This document shows, one piece after another, positions 24,490 to 26,309 of a DNA stretch of 26,309 bases. The stretch is from a virus (taxonomy: Duplodnaviria > Caudoviricetes), in IMG/VR virus record IMGVR_UViG_3300048576_000188, positions 1 to 26,309 of that record, one strand, 5' to 3'. The notes below the pieces were generated by a model. The model saw only the letters and a program-made list of their open reading frames with translations. It was not told the DNA's origin and made no database searches. Position 1 is the stretch's first letter. Each line of letters begins with the position of its first letter. The position numbers and the translations under genes are program-made.

Positions 24490-25035
24490 TTATTGACCGT
24501 CCGGAGACGGTTGATTTATTGCGCGCTGATAATTCGGCCAGATCTTCGCGACATAGCCCTGCATCTGCCTGTAGTCGGGCCGCTTGCCCTTGCAGACACA
24601 GGCAGGATCGGCGAGCAGCTGGAGAATGTTTCCGGCTGTATAGCTGAGCTTTCGCGCCCCGCACAGCTTGACTGCAGCGATGATATAGCCGAGCCCTCCG
24701 TTGTACGCGGCCAGGGCGAGTTTCCAGTAGTCGCAGTTACCGCAGAGATTGCGCTGCCTGGGCATGGAGCGCAGCAGCTCCTTGATGCGCCTGTATTGCT
24801 GCTGCAGGTATCGCGCTCCCGCGTCGAGGTTTTTCTCAGCATTGAAGAAATCCTCTTCAGTCTTCAGTCCGAGCTCGCGGCCGGTAGCGGGCATTATCTG
24901 CAGCAGACCTCGCGCGCCTGCAGGCGACACGGCGGCGGGATTGAAGGATGATTCCTGCTGGACCTGGGCGCAGAGCAGTTCATAGGGGATATTGTGCTTC
25001 TCTGCAGCGGCTCTGATTTCAGTCTCGTATTTCAT
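24490..25035 (-). CDS. Endolysin, soluble lytic transglycosylase (SLT/GH23) family (181 aa)
   Basis: QQESSFNPAAVSPAGARGLLQIMPATG, NLDAGARYL, LALAAYNGG, YVAKI motifs. Confidence 0.95.
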   Translation of the reverse strand: MKYETEIRAAAEKHNIPYELLCAQVQQESSFNPAAVSPAGARGLLQIMPATGRELGLKTEEDFFNAEKNLDAGARYLQQQYRRIKELLRSMPRQRNLCGNCDYWKLALAAYNGGLGYIIAAVKLCGARKLSYTAGNILQLLADPACVCKGKRPDYRQMQGYVAKIWPNYQRAINQPSPDGQ

Positions 25036-25057
25036 GGCGTCTCCGTATCATTTATTG

Positions 25058-25085
25058 GTAGGGGCGGTTCGAGAACCGCCCCTAC
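25058..25085. repeat. GTAG-family REP-like palindrome GTAGGGGCGGTTC-GA-GAACCGCCCCTAC
   Basis: Perfect 13-bp inverted repeat with GTAG/CTAC feet. Confidence 0.75.
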
Positions 25086-25228
25086 AACGTGGCCGTCATG
25101 AAACCGGCCTTCTCATTGGGCCACTGCCCTGGAGATACATAATCATCGCCTTGCCGGTAAGGGGGGGCGGAGCAGGGTGGCAGGCCCTGCTCCATTTCGG
25201 AGGTGAAACAACATACCCGGCAGAGGGC

Positions 25229-25283
25229 TGTATATCAGTTAGATTTTCGCATGGTGATGAAGGCGAGTGTTAATGAGCCACTC
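25229..25283 (-). promoter_or_regulatory. Candidate Mor/C-activated late promoter: dyad GAGTG-N9-CACTC upstream of TG-N-TATACA
   Basis: Dyad at 25265-25283, -10-like hexamer at 25229-25234, no canonical -35; upstream of the lysis operon as for Mu Plys. Confidence 0.35.
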
Positions 25284-25341
25284 AGGAAAACAGAGGTATA
25301 TAAAGGTATTAAAAGTGGGATGAATGAATAGAAACGAGGAT

Positions 25342-25372
25342 AAAAAAAGGCCAGGGCTCCGTTCCCTGGCCT
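25342..25372 (-). terminator. Rho-independent terminator
   Basis: AGGCCAGGG-N7-CCCTGGCCT stem followed by a T7 run on the minus strand, downstream of the 68-aa ORF. Confidence 0.85.
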
Positions 25373-25437
25373 GATAAAAAAATATTGCTTATGCCCCTGT
25401 GTTGCAGCCCCCTCCCGAGAGACGTTTTAATATCGCA

Positions 25438-25644
25438 CTAATCGCTTGTCTTGTAATCGTTGAGCTCTTTGTAAACGCTACTGAGGCCCTTTGACACGCC
25501 AGTGAGGATGTGATTGAGCCCGTCCTGGCCCTGCAGGCTCAACTGGAATGGATTGTTCGACTGCTGGCTGAACGCGTCTTTGATAAAATCGAGAGCGCTC
25601 TTTTGTTCGCGAATCCGATCTTGCAGCTCTGAAATCTGTGACAT
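25438..25644 (-). CDS. Small hypothetical protein (68 aa) downstream of a structured RNA leader
   Basis: G-rich RBS (AGGGGGG) upstream; helical; flanked by its own promoter and terminator. Confidence 0.7.
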   Translation of the reverse strand: MSQISELQDRIREQKSALDFIKDAFSQQSNNPFQLSLQGQDGLNHILTGVSKGLSSVYKELNDYKTSD

Positions 25645-25686
25645 TTGCGATTTCCCCCCTGGTATTCTCTGGCGGTATTCGTAGGC

Positions 25687-25830
25687 AAAAGCCCGGAGTG
25701 TTGCGACTGCTCACAAAGGGGCAGCTCCAAGCCTCGCGGACAAGGAGACACTCCGGGCGCAAATGTGCTGCATTGCGCCCTGTGCAGTGTTGCCACTGCG
25801 GCCGGAGCCGGCCCTTTGTGATATTCGCAT
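25687..25830 (-). ncRNA. Structured RNA leader, c4-antisense-like / attenuator-like
   Basis: Several nested and alternative stems (see findings), a GCAA tetraloop hairpin, located directly after a sigma70-like promoter. Confidence 0.55.
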
Positions 25831-25834
25831 TTGT

Positions 25835-25864
25835 AGATTAATAGAGAGGAGGGGAAAGGGTCAA
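25835..25864 (-). promoter_or_regulatory. Sigma70-like promoter TTGACC-N18-TAATCT
   Basis: -35 at 25859-25864 and -10 at 25835-25840, just upstream of the structured leader. Confidence 0.55.
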
Positions 25865-25893
25865 GCGTGAAGAACTGCAAATAAAGAGGTTCG

Positions 25894-26202
25894 CTATAGC
25901 AGCGTACCCTGACGCTCGTCTTTGGCGTCGGTCTCGGCGAGCGCGTCGTAAACAAAACGCACAGAGACTCCGAGTTTAGCCGCGAGGTGCTTGTGATTTT
26001 CACCGTCGCAAAACTTTCTTATATAGCGCTTCCTCAGCTCAAAGAGAACTTTCTCTCCAAGGTAGAGCGGAATGCTCGGGACGTTTTCGTACAGCGCGCA
26101 GAGCACGTCCAGGCCGCAGAACTCAAGCACTGTCTTTGCGTCCTTATTCAATAGGTCCTCGTACTCTATCTCCTGAAGCCAGTCTTTCATCTGCGTTTTC
26201 AC
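25894..26202 (-). CDS. Mor/C-family transcription activator (probable GTG start at 26202)
   Basis: Pattern GLDVLCALYE..PSIPLYL...R.RYIRKFCDGENHKHLAAKLGVSVRFVYDAL is typical of Mu Mor/C; AAGGAGG 8 nt before GTG; precedes the lysis genes. Confidence 0.85.
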   Translation of the reverse strand: MKTQMKDWLQEIEYEDLLNKDAKTVLEFCGLDVLCALYENVPSIPLYLGEKVLFELRKRYIRKFCDGENHKHLAAKLGVSVRFVYDALAETDAKDERQGTLL

Positions 26203-26309
26203 CTGAGCAGCCTCCTTCCGCACATTGGGCAATAGTTCATAGCAATGCCGCCGTTCACTCTGCTGCCGAAAAAAATCAAACTATACGCGGAGAGTCAGAC
26301 ATCAAAACG
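26199..26309 (-). pseudogene. C-terminal part of a Zn-ribbon ORF (NYCPMCGRRLLR) with an in-frame TGA at 26295-26297
   Basis: Typical phage C-terminal YCPMCGRRL motif whose stop overlaps the mor GTG (GTGA); the frame is interrupted upstream. Confidence 0.45.

Larger units (their letters stand above)
127..26309 (-). mobile_element. Mu-like transposable prophage (siphovirus-type tail), late region and right end; continues beyond the window
   Basis: Mu-like gene order (Mor/C activator, lysis, gp26/27/28-like, portal, gpF, protease/gpT-like capsid, neck, tail); Mu attR-like terminus at 127; no sheath or baseplate-wedge genes seen. Confidence 0.9.

Noticed and set aside
25478-26003. ORFs 25539..26003, 25478..25762 and 25638..25841
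   Set aside because: They overlap mor, the structured leader and the 68-aa ORF, and lack RBS and protein-like composition.
261-26232. Alternative genetic code (TGA/TAG reassignment)
   Set aside because: All major genes are intact in code 11, and TGA, TAA and TAG all serve as stops in coupled overlaps.

Overview
The window is the late (lysis, head, tail) half of a Mu-like transposable prophage with a non-contractile (siphovirus-type) tail. All credible genes are on the minus strand. In transcription order (right to left): Mor/C-type late activator; a structured c4-like RNA leader plus a 68-aa ORF; a structured late leader with a REP palindrome; a lysis cassette (SLT endolysin, an unlisted 53-aa holin, a lipoprotein, small membrane proteins); gp26-like protein; terminase small and large subunits; portal; gpF-like protein; a fused protease-scaffold-major capsid gene with an internal start; neck proteins; tail tube; tail chaperone with a -1 frameshift; tape measure; distal tail; hub; and two fibre-like proteins. 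The prophage right end appears to lie at position 127 (TGAAGCCGCGC..., close to Mu attR), with an interrupted host gene in 1-126. The most unusual observation is that three proteins in virion-structural positions (the gene after the capsid and both fibre-like genes) carry classical N-terminal Sec-type signal peptides. This suggests export-dependent maturation or surface display of phage structural proteins. Family assignments come from motif recognition and synteny only; no database searches were run.
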